DNA of 63,077 nt, filler included, from Platydemus manokwari (taxonomy: Eukaryota): NCBI GenBank assembly GCA_037951405.1. It is 5 parts of 5 records of this genome, joined end to end, with 100 filler letters (N's around TTAATTAATTAA, not from the genome) between each part and the next. Parts side by side here need not be neighbours in the genome. Positions count along the whole stretch, not along the records: positions 25,492 to 39,756 come from JBBMOY011495861.1; 4 more parts are not named here. The stretch is one strand, 5' to 3'. The translations under genes were made by a program, and so were the position numbers. Of the stretch, positions 25,746-39,856 are shown piece after piece. Under the pieces are notes generated by a model. It saw only the letters and a program-made list of their open reading frames with translations, did not search any database and had not been told where the DNA came from. The stretch's first letter is position 1. Each line of letters opens with the position of its first letter.

Positions 25746-28700
25746 GTCATTCCAATGCTACCTCCGATATTATCAGAGCATTTGTGCAGCCTCAATCCAA
25801 ATGAAAGAAAACTCACATTTTCCGTCCTGTTCGTCCTGGATTCAGAGGGCCATGTAAAACATTTATCATTATCGATATTGATTAATCTTCAAACCTAACA
25901 CAGATCTTGTCCCAGCGATTCATCAAGAGCGTCATTGAGCCCAAGATGCGTTTAGATTATGATCAGGCTAATGCCATTATTGACGGTCATGACAAATCAC
26001 CGGTGCTTGCCAAGAGCCCACATTATGACCGAGTTGTGAAGAGCTTACAGCTGCTGAATGAGGTTATCCCATTGATGGCAAACAGCCCGCTATGATGTAA
26101 TTAATCAATATTTCTTATCAGCTGGCAACCAAGATGAGGAAACGTCGAATCGAATCTGGAGCCACGGTTCTCAATAAAATAGAAATCGGTTTCTCATTCG
26201 AACCAATCGATTTGAAGTATGTCTATCAAGTTGTCTGATTGGTTGATATTTTGTTGAGTGCTTGTGTGTATATGTGTGTCTCCAACTGATGTCTCGCAAT
26301 TGATGACAACGATTTCTGTTCAGGGCCGATTCGAATAAAGTGGATGGAAGCGAATATCGATTTTCGGAACCGACCGGATTTAAGCTGAAGATCAGAGGCA
26401 AGAGCAGTTATTTGATTGAAGAATTCATGTTACTGGCTAATCAAGCTAGTGCCCATCTGTTGTTTGAAAATCTGAAAATCAATAAGAATTCCAATTCGTC
26501 TATTGGGGCCGTTCTGAGGAAACACCCTCCGCCATCGAAAGAGAAATGGAGCCAATTGGTTAGCTTTCTTATTAGCTATTCGATATTGAATTGATAAAAT
26601 ATTGAACATTTGATATGATTTCACGTGATTATGGGGCACACCAATTGTTTCTGATACAGAATCACTGGACCGTCACGTGATTATGGGGCACACCAATTGT
26701 TTCTGATACAGAATCACTGGACCGTCACGTGATTATGGGGCAATTCAATTGTTTCTGATACAGAATCACTGGACCGTCACGTGATTATGGGGCACACCAA
26801 TTGTTTCTGATACAGAATCACCAGACCGTCACGTGATTATGGGGCAATTCAATTGTTTCTGATACAGAATCACCAGACCGTCACGTGATTATGGCGCAAT
26901 TCAATTGTTTCTGATACAGAATCACGGGACTGTCATGTGATTATGGGGCAATTCAATTGTTTCTGATATAGAATCACGGGACCGTCACGTGATTATGGCG
27001 CAATTCAATTGTTTCTGATACAGAATCACCAGACCGTCACGTGATTATGGGGCAATTCAATTGTTTCTGATACAGAATCACTGGACCGTCACATAATATC
27101 ACGTGATAATAGCGCACTTCAATTGTTTCTGATGCAGAATCACGGGACTGTCATGTGATTATGGTGCACTTCAATTGTTTCTGATACAGAATCACTAGAC
27201 CACCCCGTGATATCACGTGATTATCACTTAACGTGCTGATATTATGAAACAATATTTGATTATTATATCATTCTATGTTATTATTATAATTGCTGTCACC
27301 TAATAACGGAACTCCATCATATGTGATAATGATACAATACCACGTGACTTCTATATTATACTATATGATTTTTACACAATATAGTGTTCTATAATATGAT
27401 GATTTATAATAATATCTATACCAAAAGAAAATACGGGACATATTGTCAAAATCCACACGTTATCAAATATTAATATTGCTATCACACACTCTATCTCTTT
27501 ATCCTCATTTTCTAATTTCAGATAAAAAATTGCAAAGATGCTGGTATCAAATTATCGAAAATTGACTATTTAAATGTCGGAGAGATCACCAAGATCAAGT
27601 TTTCCGATCCGTCGAAAGCTGTGGCACTAGATTATCTGACCTATTTTTCTATGGAGGTTAGTTTTATTGATTTATTTCTTATATTTTCTTTAATGATCAA
27701 GTTAAATATTTGTAAATCACCAGCAGAACATTTAAAGATGTACATCCAATATCAAGTGCCCTTGGTACAGTTTGAGAACAAATTAGGGGTCATAGTTACA
27801 TTAAAACAATAAAACAACCAAATCAATATTTTTATCTTTATAAAAATTCCTTTATAAAAAGGCCCTTTTGTTCTCTTCGAGCAAACCTTTAAATTTAAGG
27901 AACAGATTATGTTTATACATTCTTAATAATTGCTAACTGTATAATATTTAATTTCGTAATTGTAAAACCCAGGTCTGTGAAGTACAATAGTAGTGGTAAG
28001 AGTTTTTCTGAAGGTTATAAATGGTTCCGGAACATAATGGCTTTCTTAAACCTTCAGCTTTGATCTATTTTTAATATTATTTAATTCCTAGATTATATTT
28101 TATATAGATCGGAGCTGAAGCTTTAAGAAAGACATTATGTTCCGAAACCATTTATAACCTTCAGAAAAACTCTTTATATACAAATCTTATTGGCTGGTGA
28201 TTAATAATCTTAGTGGTCACTGATTATGAAAACAAACCTCTATTTATTTCCATCCTTAAAAAAATATTTACTTAAATAATTTCAGATTAATATTGGGAAC
28301 ACATTGATTACAAATAATTATTGATTTTTAACCAATAGAATCTCTATATTTGAAAAATATTTGTATTTCTGGAATTTGTGCACTACAAATAAATATCTAA
28401 CTCCAAATCTTCAATTTATCCACCGATATTTTTAGTTCTTTTGATATTAATTGAACTGATCAGCAAATATCGCTAACATGCAATATTCAAATCTTATGAG
28501 CTCGGATTTCTTACATTGTAACACATCCTAGATTCAGCGCAAATAGATAACAGTTAATGTAAAAATGTATATCTCTGATATTCTTTGCTCATTTTTTATT
28601 TATAATTCGAGTTTTTAATGAATATTTTTCTGTAGTTTATTTTCAAAATATAATGGTGATGACAAGCGAATTTTAATTATTTATCAAGTGAATTTTATAA

Positions 28701-31392
28701 GTCCACTGGTGCTCTTTTTAATTTTCTATTCCCAAATGATGCTTTTCTAGAATATAAATATTTTAAAANNNNNNNNNNTAAAAATGAATGTGAATCTATG
28801 ACCTTTCTCTATTAAAACAATAAATTAATTGTGAGTTACATTAAAAAATTTTAAAAATGATATTGCAAGAAGAGTACAACTGGTCTTCAAATCAAACCCA
28901 AAGAATTATTCAAGTATTTTAAATCATTGAAATATTATATAATAGTTATAGTACCTGATTAGATGATATTCATTTCTAATGACTAAATAATAATATCCAG
29001 TTCCAGTCTCCGCTGAAAAACTCAATTTAGAATACTAGTTGTTTGTCGTTTTTCTCTCGTTCTTCTTATATAAAGAGATAAATACAAGATAGTTAAAAAG
29101 TAAAAAATATAATATCGATATGAATTATTTTATGTAATGAAGACAGGAACTTGCTATATTTAATTGATCTAAAAATTAATAAAATATTTTTATTTTTTGT
29201 TGAATATATTTTTGCATTGATTAAGAGATTTTGGAACTCGTTTATAGAATATTTTTAAGCATTGAATAAAACTGATATTTTCAATATTTGACATTGTCGA
29301 ACAGGTTTAAAGCGTTAGTTTTGATATTTTATCGAAATATTTATCAAGATTTTTACTGAGAAATTGTGTAATTCTGTAGATGGTCTGAAGAAGTGGAAGC
29401 ATTTAATAATCTTATACGAATGTCCACAAAATACAAATTCGGGAACTCTAGTATATTAGTTGTCTGTATAATATCGATCTATTGTTTCAAAACCTATGTT
29501 TAAGCTTACTATTTATTTTTGTAGATGGCACTCTATTGCTGCGCTGAAAACGATAGTGGTTTTCACAAGGATATTAGAATTGATAACGACCTCGATTTCC
29601 CATTTCATCATTTTGGACTCAATGTTCCGCTCTATACTCACTTCACGTCCCCGATTCGACGGTATGCTGACATTTTGGTACATCGACAAATTGAAGCTAT
29701 TATCACTAACAAACGCGAATGCGGTACCACATTAACCCGTAGGTTGGAAGCTGTTCACAAAAGCAATCTTGTCAGGCTTGCAAGTCGGCGCATTTGGGAT
29801 CAGTTGACATCTGTTTACTTGGCATGTTATCTGAATGTATGTTTTGTTTCATTAATCCAATATTTCGCTCTAATAATATTGATTATTTATATATTTTTTT
29901 ACTTTAGCATTTCGAAATTATCTTAATAATCTTTATTATTATTAATTATTATAATCATTTCATGACTTAATGTTCTGGAATTGTAAATATGTTCCCATAT
30001 CGATCTCTAACACAATAATGGGTATTAAATGATTTATCCAATAAATTATTGATCTATATTATGTCAAATGTTGAAGGTTTCGATTTAGATTTGTAAAAAT
30101 CTTGTTAAAAATATTAGATAAATAATATATAACTATCCAATAAAACTTGGTTAATGTTCAACTAATCGAGAATAATCCAATTCATTATCGATTATGAGAA
30201 ATCCCCAGACTAATATCACTCGAAATTATAAAGTTTTGTCTTGTGGATTGGTGGAAAGGTGTAATATAATTGACAATTCTGGTTCTACTTACTGATCAAT
30301 CTGAGATTTCTCATTGGTTGTATTTAGTTTCTAATAAATACCACGTTTTTAATTCCCTTTCATTAGCTTTTTAGTGCTTTATTATTATGGATTGGGCAAT
30401 GTTAACCGGATTCGAGTCAATTTCAATAACATAATTAATAAACTAATCACGCAAATGTTTTAGTTAGACCTCAGTGATATTGTAGAGAGTAACTTGCTGG
30501 CTTTCATTGGAAATTCGGTTTTATTTACAATTAAAACTTCTCTTAACTATTTTTGATCGATTGATAAGAGAATTTGTAGCAACGTTCTTGATTATCTCAT
30601 AAATGTCTAATCAATATCGTAAAACAGGATTATTACAGCACATTTTATATTTTTCTTTATATGTGATTATATATAATCTGGATTTTTGGCAACCAATCCA
30701 GATGAATTTCAATGTTTAGCGTGCTCGCTTTTTATTATTTTTGAAAGTTGTTTAATCTATTTTTAGCTGGGAACATCTTAAGGCTCATTCTCAAATTGTA
30801 TTTTTTCTATTCGTTTCTTATTATGTTCTTCTATTTCCAGAAGAAGGGGTGGCGTTTAACGAAGGCCATTATTTTAACAAAGTCTGACAAAATAATCAGA
30901 GCTCTTTTACCAAGTCTCGGAGTAATCGTTTTGACAAACATTAATGAATTTATTCCTTGGGCTTTGGAATGTAAAGATGTAGGTGGTGGGAAAATATCCA
31001 AAAAAATCATCATCGAGTATATGGCTGATGATGAGCATTATTCGATCAATTTTGATAATGGGTTCCAGCAGTATGTGTACCAATGGTGGGACAGCGAGTG
31101 GAATATTAAATCAGCCGATAGTTGTGCGGAAATTGAAGAGGTGGATAAAGCAGAAATTCCCTTGGAAGACCTTGATGACAGAATCGATCGCATTCGATTA
31201 AAATCAGAAATAACCGATGAAGACGTTATTCGAAAGCTCGAAGAATCAGATAAAGCTGTTCAGACAATTAATATTCTTGACGAAATTGACTGCCTTGTTT
31301 ATTGTTCCAGAAATGAATTGAGATTATGTCTCGAGCTTCCTTTTCCCACGAGCCTACCCAGCATTAAAGAAGATTCATCGTTATTGATATAA
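25746..31392 (+). CDS. DIS3L2: DIS3-like exoribonuclease 2 (RNB domain), 5'-partial. Exons 25746-25853, 25904-26062, 26122-26216, 26324-26558, 27522-27656, 29525-29836, 30841-31392
   Basis: Motifs [29 protein letters not shown] and [24 protein letters not shown] (LNVPLY is DIS3L2-like). All introns are GT-AG and in phase; AATAAA sits at the stop. Confidence 0.88.
26621..27225. repeat. 52-bp minisatellite, ~11 copies, in a DIS3L2 intron
   Basis: Unit TCACGTGATTATGGGGCA(CAC/ATT)CAATTGTTTCTGATACAGAATCAC(TGG/CAG/GGG)ACCG starts at 26621, 26673, 26725 ... 27037, 27099, 27151. Confidence 0.95.
27998..28174. mobile_element. Foldback/MITE-like long inverted repeat in a DIS3L2 intron
   Basis: ~70-bp arms: AAGAGTTTTTCTGAAGGTTATAAATGGTTCCGGAACATAATG... 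versus ...CATTATGTTCCGAAACCATTTATAACCTTCAGAAAAACTCTT, with an AT-rich spacer. No clear TSD. Confidence 0.7.
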
Positions 31393-31844
31393 ATAAAATA
31401 TTTTTGCATTAACTGGTCTGATTTTCATTTTCCACCTTAAATTATTCCTATTTCCTCCAAATTTCGTTAGCTAAAGTTACCTTTAATCTTTACTTTATTA
31501 GATCCCGTATTCGCAGTGTTTCCTCGATATTGAAAATATCGCATATAATGGATTGCTCTGAAGGGTTTTCTATCAATAATTTGTACTTGACGATAAAATC
31601 AATTTATAACACTTAAATCGATTTATTCTAACAGTTGTGTTGGTTTAATTTACACGATTCCAAGACGTAAAATTCAAGTAACACTAATACAAATCACTCT
31701 TTCAAGCCCACAGTCCATCAAAACTGAGTCTTTTATTCGTAATGCGAAAAGATTTATGAGTGCGTTTTTTATCACAAATTAATATTTTTCAAAATTACCT
31801 TTTCCTTTAATAATTCTGTCTCAGTTAATATGTACATTTATATG

Positions 31845-32260
31845 ATTGGTACAAGTGAGGTGATTATTTCTTCCGAATCTTTGGCATTATATGCATTTGG
31901 TTTCGTTGATCGGACCGAACATGTTTTATGGTTTCCCCACATCTTACGCATTTTAAACATCATTTTTATTGCTACTTGGGGCTTTCTTCGATACTGAAAG
32001 TTTTCTCTTGATTGCTGAGTCATGTCTCGAAAAGTCTGGTTTTCCTTAACAATTTATCGAATCCGTCTATCCTTTTGATTGGTGGTAGAAATAGTTCCCA
32101 TAATGCGTCCTTGTTGCTTGGCCATTATGCTCCTGGATTACAAGGTCCTTTAGCCGGAATTGCTCATTGATCAGCAAATTCGTCCACGTGTTCCCCTTCG
32201 TCTTGTTTCAGTTCTCTATATTTCTTTCTACTGGTAATATCTCTCTTCCAAAAGTGCGTT
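31845..32260 (-). mobile_element. LTR-retrotransposon gag remnant
   Basis: Minus strand gives RELKQDEGEHVDEFADQ (gag Q..gE.v.ef motif) and broken zinc-knuckle-like peptides CVRCGE and KCI*CQRFGRNNHLTC. Confidence 0.5.
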
Positions 32261-35066
32261 GGGTTGTAAAGACGTCAAATGGTGTTTGACAGCTCAACTG
32301 TATGTATTAACAATTTATTATATTTAAATTCGTCATAATATATACACAACACAAGTAATAATTATTTATTTAATCGATTAATAAATTTACTAATTGAGTT
32401 CTACACAAGTTAGCTCACAGAGTGTCAGTTTAAAACAAATTGGTACGGTTATCTTTCATGAACACAAGAACATACTATTCACCTTAATGATTTTGTAAAT
32501 ATAAAGTTTAAGATATGGTAATTTGATGTGAAAAAAGGTACGATCGTTTGGTTTATTTTTAATAGGTAATTTATTTATTAAATATCAAGTTTACCAAATT
32601 ATTCAAGTTCGGAAAGAATTATTAGTTTTAACAATATTATGCAATGTGTTATTTTTTATATCAATTATCGATTTCGCTCCAATGGTAAAATACTTATCAT
32701 AATTTTTTGTTTTTATTACCATGTTATCGATCACGATTTTTATGAGAGTAATTTGGAATGAAAATTCATCCCCTTATATTCAACAGCTAATGCCAGGCAC
32801 TTTGTAACTAAAATTTTTTAACATTTTTACTACATTGAACATTAATTTAAACTTTACCATTAAGAGTCCTTTGACATTGCAAATTATTAAAAGTTAAATT
32901 TTATTCAAATCGTTAGACGTTAAAATTTTTATTCTAAAATTTATTTTTGTTTTAAATTCTATATTATCTTTAAAATAATTAAATTTATATAAATAATAAT
33001 ATTTTTTTTATTATTTCTATTTTATGCATTTTATTTTAACGATTTTCTGAACAAAAGATAGATTATACAATTATTCTGTAAAGAAATAAAGTCAAAATCA
33101 TCAATTATAAATCAAAAGATCACTAATGTTTTTAAAAATCAATTCAATGTAAAAATCAAATCAATGTTTATCGTAAAAGATCAAATTATAAATGCCATTA
33201 GAGATTGGATTGACTTTCATCGCACGAAGGGATTCAAAAAATTATTCTCTAGGATTGATTTTATCTTGACCTCAGCAATATAAATTCACTCTCCAGTTCT
33301 TCTCATACTTTGCCTTTTCTTCTTCTTTCACCCTTTTTTAGACTATGCAACTGCTACCAGATATCATTGGCTTGTATTTTCTTTTTGAATTCTTTATTTA
33401 TCAGACCATACCTCTTTGTTGTAGTTCGATATCTTGTCATCTTCGAGTCGGTATTTTTCTTTTAAATGCATCATATGGAATATCTGTGATGAATATTTTT
33501 TTGTCCTATGGTGCACTCTGAATTTCTTCACCATTTGATTAGAGCACAAATCTGCCTATATTTTACTAACATCTGGTTCTAAAAGAATATTTATTTTACC
33601 CCGTTATTGCTAAGTCTGTGTTATGCGTTTCTCTGATAATGCCAGTGAGATAAATATGTAACATTTGAAATTTCCAAGCCAAGTTGAAAAGATGGACGAT
33701 GGCACATACAAAAAAATTGAAGAAAAATGTTGATAACTGATTATTTACGGAAACGTGCCGAACTATTATTTGAAAGCTTGTCTAATGATATGTCGGATCT
33801 AATTAAAATACTTGCTGTCGAAAGCGGATAATGTTACAGATAAAGATTTGGGAAAATAGTAAATTTTTCTATTTGATACACACAAGTTCTAATTAAATTT
33901 ATCTCTACTGATAAATTTTTTTCAGAAGAAACATTGTGCTTCTTGCTACCAAATGGCTACAATTTTGTAGCCTTCTGTTTTGCTCTGTTAATTAATTATT
34001 TGAATTGTGCGAATTTTGATGTAGAAATTATATTTTTAGAAATCATGGTAATTCCATTTTTAGTAATTTGAAATGATTTATTTTATGTATGAGCTAAATT
34101 TAGTAATTTTTGTAACTATTTTATTTTTAAATTATTTTTTGAGGGATTTGTTGTATTAATTGTTTTAAATTAATTTCCAAAGTTTTTCATTTGTTTATTT
34201 ATTAACATTATAGTAGTCGTGTTAGTGCTGTTGTAACCGTTAACATTCAATTTTAATGATCTGAAAATCAACAGAAATTAACACAAACAAAAAACAACAC
34301 AAAACCCAGTATAACAAAACAAATGATTTTTAACATTATTTGGATTCCATTAATGCATAAAACAACACAGGCCTTTTAATAAATTTATTCATCTTTTAAT
34401 TTTAATACATCTGATTATTTTGTAATATTAATTGCTTTAGCTTCTTATTACAGATAACTTTCTTTGTGAATATTATTGATTAAGTAATGTTCCTTACATA
34501 TTGCACCATGATAAATGCCACTCAATAATGTCAAGGATTAATTGAATATTTCCCACTCTAAGAATTTACTTTTACATGTCAGGAGGCTTAGAATTAAAAG
34601 AAAATTTCCAAGAATTAAACTAAGATAAAAAATTTAAACTAAATAGTGTTTGGGAGTTATTCGCTAGTATAGAAAAGGAGATTATCGCGTATAGGATCTT
34701 TAATCAATCGAAAACAAATTCATTTCACGCGATAATACATTCCGTTTTACGAACGTTTGGTCATGAGTTTCCATTATAAACATGGCCTATCTCGAATAAA
34801 ATAATTGATATTCAATATCAAAGCTTTGTCATGGGACAGCATTAATATACACATTTAAATAAATAAATTGTCATTTTCGACAATTATTCTGTCTGAACAA
34901 AAAATTAATCATGAAAACATGTGAATTACGGGGTGACCAGATAGAAATATTCAATAGCAGATTTTAAATCGATCAAAATTTTACAAACCAATCATCAGTG
35001 ATAAAAAATATTCAAAGATAAATGAGAGAAAATCAAAAATTTAATGTACATGTATTTAACAAATAA

Positions 35067-35655
35067 TTAAGGAATGTCTTCAGTGAGTTCAAGTTTCTGT
35101 TGGACAATTTTTCCATATCCTCCTCGACCAGAATCGTAATCACGTCTAAATTCATCTCTTACCTAAAAATGTTTTTCGTAATTATTTTTAATTGCACATA
35201 GGCACACTTTACCTGGCCACCAGTTCTGCCTCTACCAAACTGTCTACCTTCCTTGAATCCAGCATCCCAATCTGTTCGGATGATTCTGTCATCCAATCTT
35301 GTTCCATTAATATAACAAACGGCATTCTCAGCTTGTTCGCGATTAAAGTATTCAACAAAACAAAATCCACAAGGTGTTCTTTTGTGTCTATCTAAACCCA
35401 TTATAACTTTCTTAACTTTTCCGGCTCTTGAAAACAATTCCCAAATTTGTTCTTCACGGGTAAAAAATGATAAGTTACCAATATACAATGTAGAACTATT
35501 AAGCAAATCTTTCTCTTGCTCAACTCTTGAACCCTTATAAAAATTAAAATTGCACATCTTAAATTATTTTTATAATATACTTTATATTGTTGATCTCTGT
35601 AAGAACTGAGACCACTGGTAGTAATCTTTTTTATTAATCTAGGATCTCTGGGCAT
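35067..35655 (-). CDS. NCBP2: Nuclear cap-binding protein subunit 2 (CBP20), 163 aa. Exons 35655-35581, 35533-35213, 35162-35067
   Basis: Peptides [46 protein letters not shown] and [29 protein letters not shown]. Introns of 47 and 50 nt, both GT-AG. Confidence 0.96.
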
Positions 35656-38600
35656 ATTAAAAAAAGATAAAAAATTAAACAAATGATGATTATTTAAACA
35701 AATTAGCAATTACATTAAACTTTAAAAACCTATGAAAGAAAATATGATTTATTAGTAATTCAAATAATTTGTCAAATTTAGGCAATATTTACTCTACTTT
35801 AGTTTAGTTTGCATTAAATGACAAATAAAGAATAAAATAAGTTATAACGTGAAACTTCTTTTACTTTTAATATGTGTGCAATTAATTGTTACAAAATTAA
35901 ATAAAAGAATACATTTAATTTATATTATTTTTAAATTCACAATATCTACTAGCTTGAGTTTTAATTAATTTTATTATGCAATTTTACGAATCGATTAATT
36001 TCAAATAAGTGATGAAAATAAAGTAGTGATTCTTGATTTTAGAAAGTTTAAAAAGTAATACAAAAAAGGTATTTGGAATTAATAAATATCCAAAAATCAT
36101 TTTAATTTTAATGTGGCAAGCGCAATATTAAAAAAAAATTAAATGTGCTTAACTCACTAAGTTCTACAGAATTCACATTTGTGTAAATGATTTATGATTT
36201 TGAAGCATTTACTTATGTTTAAGGTTTTATCAACGGTTTCCATACAACATCTGATAAAACCCAGACAAGTAAAACCTGCATGACACTTTTACTCAAACTC
36301 GTTTCCAGTTAAGCATAAGAACAACATTTGTAAGAGTATATATAAAGTATAAATTTATTTTACTAAATGGATGTTTATAATTGGTTCAATATTTACAAAA
36401 AATTTGAAAACACTGGTTTATATCAATGCTATATAGAAATTTTAAACTATTCTTTCGATTGTAATCTGCTAAAATAGAGTGTTAATTCAATAGATCAATT
36501 AAATGGCAAATTGGAAGAAAAATCAACGATTAGTAACTAAGCAATGATAACAATAATAGTTTATGAATAATTAATAGTTAGTACATTTGTTGGCATTAGG
36601 ACAGAGTCACTTTGCTTAATCTAAGAACACTACGATACTTTAATTAGACATTTTTTATAATATTTCTTAACGGAATCAGTAGATATACATGAAGATATGG
36701 TAAGGGAATCACTTAAAATAGAATGATGTTAATCTGGGGATGTGACAGTAAAATAAATGAGTAAAATACTGAGAATAATAAAAATGTGGGTAACCATTCG
36801 ATTCATATCCCAGATAATCATTTGACAAATAGTTGTAATGAATAAGGATAAAAATTGTTAAAATAAAAAATAAACATGATTATGCTTTTCTATAAAAATA
36901 TTCATAAAACTTGTAATGTTTGTTTCATTACATAAAAATTAAAGTTGATTAATCGACCTCAAGGTCATAAAGGAAATTCAATCAAAAGCTAAAATTAGAA
37001 GTCGCATCATACCTAAAAATAACTTTTTGAACTAAAAATTGTAACTTATAACATATGCTATTAATAGTAATGCATGCTACTAAGTATATAATGTTACTAA
37101 AATAGTGACACGAGGCATGAAACACACCAAGATGCAAAAAATATATAAACAAACGACAATAGTCAGTGAGGGCACAATTTTTACAAGCTTATTACTGATC
37201 AATTACTTTGAATTTTTGAGAATTATTATTGCTTTGGAAATTTTTTAAAATTTCTGCCAATTTATTTTATTAATTTTATTTTTAATTTTCGAAGCAATGA
37301 GTAAATTTTTTATTAATGTAATAATTAACTTCAGACCTTCGGCTGGTACTAGTCTTGTGGTCTATAAAATCTAATAAGAGACTTATACTTGATTTCCCGC
37401 TTTCTTTTTTTAGAGGAGAGATTTCTGTACTTAAACAAGAGAATTAGATTTCTTCTTCTAGATTTGTAAATTTTATTTTAATTTATCAAATATATTTTAT
37501 TGTTCTCTATGCATTATTTTTAATTTTATATTTATTTTTTAAATATTATCTTTGATTATTTTCACCCGATGATTTATTTGTGGCAATAACTTTATCTGTT
37601 GGAGTCAAGATAAGTCAAAGATCTTTAATAAAACCTTCTGATATAAATATACGAGTTAATCAATATACTTTTACAAATTATAGATTCAAACTTCAAACTT
37701 AAAATGATCGACTATCTTATATAAATAATAAAAACCTTTAACAGTAACATTAAAGTGACGTAGGAGAAAAATGACACATGGTTCATTATGAATTCTAGGT
37801 AACATAATTATTAAAAACGCCACTAAATATAAAAATTTAATATAAATATAGTAATATTAAATTTTACAGAAAATACTGATAAATAAATAATAAACATAAA
37901 ATGAAGAATTATCATTCTCATTTCGCAGCAAATATTAGTTAGTTAAGTGTACAGAAAAATTTAGTGGCTCAACTCTGCTAAATGGTATTTTAACAGAACA
38001 CTGTCCCAGCAAGAAATTATGTTCGAGCATATAGTAATTTTGTTTGTAACTAGTGTGGTTTTTAGCTGTTAAAGTAAATGAAATTAGCTTATTGTAATAT
38101 CAGCATTGTTATTGTAGATCTAACGAAAGTGTCTGTATCTGTTGTAGATAATTAATTAGACAGTCAGGAGTTTCTGAGTTGTTAGTAATAGAATAACTTT
38201 TGGGATTTATTTCTTGTTTCAACAGTTATTTCGAAGATTATTAAACAGTTATATTTTATTGAATTTTTTATGGTCTTATAATAAATATATTCTAGGGCAC
38301 CAGACCCCATCCAAATTAAAAAGAATAATTAATAGAATTTTTTTAGAAATTACCTAAAAAAACAAATGATGAAAATTGTGTTTAAAAAGTTTAAAAACAG
38401 AATACCAAAATAATAATTTCTAAAAATAGAAAAGAGAAAAAAAAATAAATTTTATCCAATGGGAAACTTTAATGGAAAATCTGCAGGAAAAGCTGACTGA
38501 TTTATTTTTAACAGCTATTTTTGAAAATGTGTTTCAAGACACTGATAATGTCTATGAATCTCGAAATATGATTGCTATTCATTCTTTCAGTTAATATTTA

Positions 38601-39450
38601 ATATATTTTATTATTTTATTAGTTTTATTTATTATTTCATCCTGTCTGACTAATCGAAAATAGGACTATTTCAATGTCAAAACGATCTATACTTATCTTC
38701 AGTCAGGAAAAATATCTACATTTGAGATTTGTTGGACGGGCAGCAGCTCGACTAATTTAGCCAAAGACCAATAAATAATTGGCTCAAAATGAAACACAAA
38801 AGGAAATGAGTTACAAGAATTGAGCTATGAAAATGAATTATAAAATCTCGAAGCTAGAACCGAAAGAGAAACAGAAACTTCCAGCTATAACGTGACGAAA
38901 TAATCTAAGAATGAGACAAGGTGACCAAAATTTATCTGGCCAACAAATAGAGGGATTTTTTGAAGAAATAAGGCAAAACTCCTGGAATATATTGCCGACT
39001 ACTATGAAATCATTAATAAATACCTAGCAAAAAAGGAAAAGAAAGCAAAGGTAAACAATGGCATATATTTAAGGATCGATTGAATTTGAAATAGTATTTC
39101 TGTGCCCTTCAGTAAGATTTGGAATCGAGATAGATAATTTTCTAAATTCAATCTTAATTAACTCAAATCAAATGACGGTGTGACAATTAAATGTTGAGAT
39201 CACTTTATACATGTACAATTTTCAGGAAAATTATTTACGAAAAATTTCCATGACATATATTAGGTTATATTTATAAAAGTATTAATGATGGATAATTGAA
39301 ATATTTTGTTTATAACATTTAAGGAATTATTTTAGCATTTCCGGAAATGAAGTCTAATAAATTAAAATGCAAATATATCTAAGATAAAATACAGTATTAA
39401 AATAAAACGAACATGTACAATTAAATCTCAATAAAATTACTGCAATAGAA

Positions 39451-39570
39451 AAGTTAGATAAAAATGAGATTTGTTTTAATATTAAAAAAACAAGCGGTGT
39501 AATTTTGAAATAGAATAAAATATTGATGCAAACGAGGGCTTAAGTTAAGAAAAAGGGTCCTTTGACCCAA
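39451..39570. repeat. Dispersed repeat shared with contig 2
   Basis: 39451-39535 matches the reverse complement of ~15377-15463; 39537-39570 matches ~12845-12878 directly. Confidence 0.75.
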
Positions 39571-39756
39571 TTTTAATGTAATGACATTTCGTGAGTTTTT
39601 TCATTTTAAAATTTATTTGTAATCATATTTTAATGAAATTTTTACATAAAATTCAATTTTAGATTTATAACCAAAATTAAACTCTAACAATCAAAAACCA
39701 TGTATTCGATGCCCGCTACTATTTTTGATACTTTCAAAACATTCCTCGACAATTTC

Positions 39757-39856
39757 NNNNNNNNNNNNNNNNNNNNNNNNNNNNNNNNNNNNNNNNNNNN
39801 TTAATTAATTAANNNNNNNNNNNNNNNNNNNNNNNNNNNNNNNNNNNNNNNNNNNN
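39757..39856. other. Artificial contig linker
   Basis: N44-TTAATTAATTAA-N44. Confidence 0.97.

Noticed and set aside
26621-27225. CRISPR-like array
   Set aside because: Units are head-to-tail with only 2-3 nt variants and no unique spacers, there are no cas genes, and it lies in a spliceosomal intron.
37330-37353. Helitron 3' end (CAGACCTTCGGCTG...CTAGT)
   Set aside because: The stem is short and imperfect, and there is no 5' TC end or second copy to support it.
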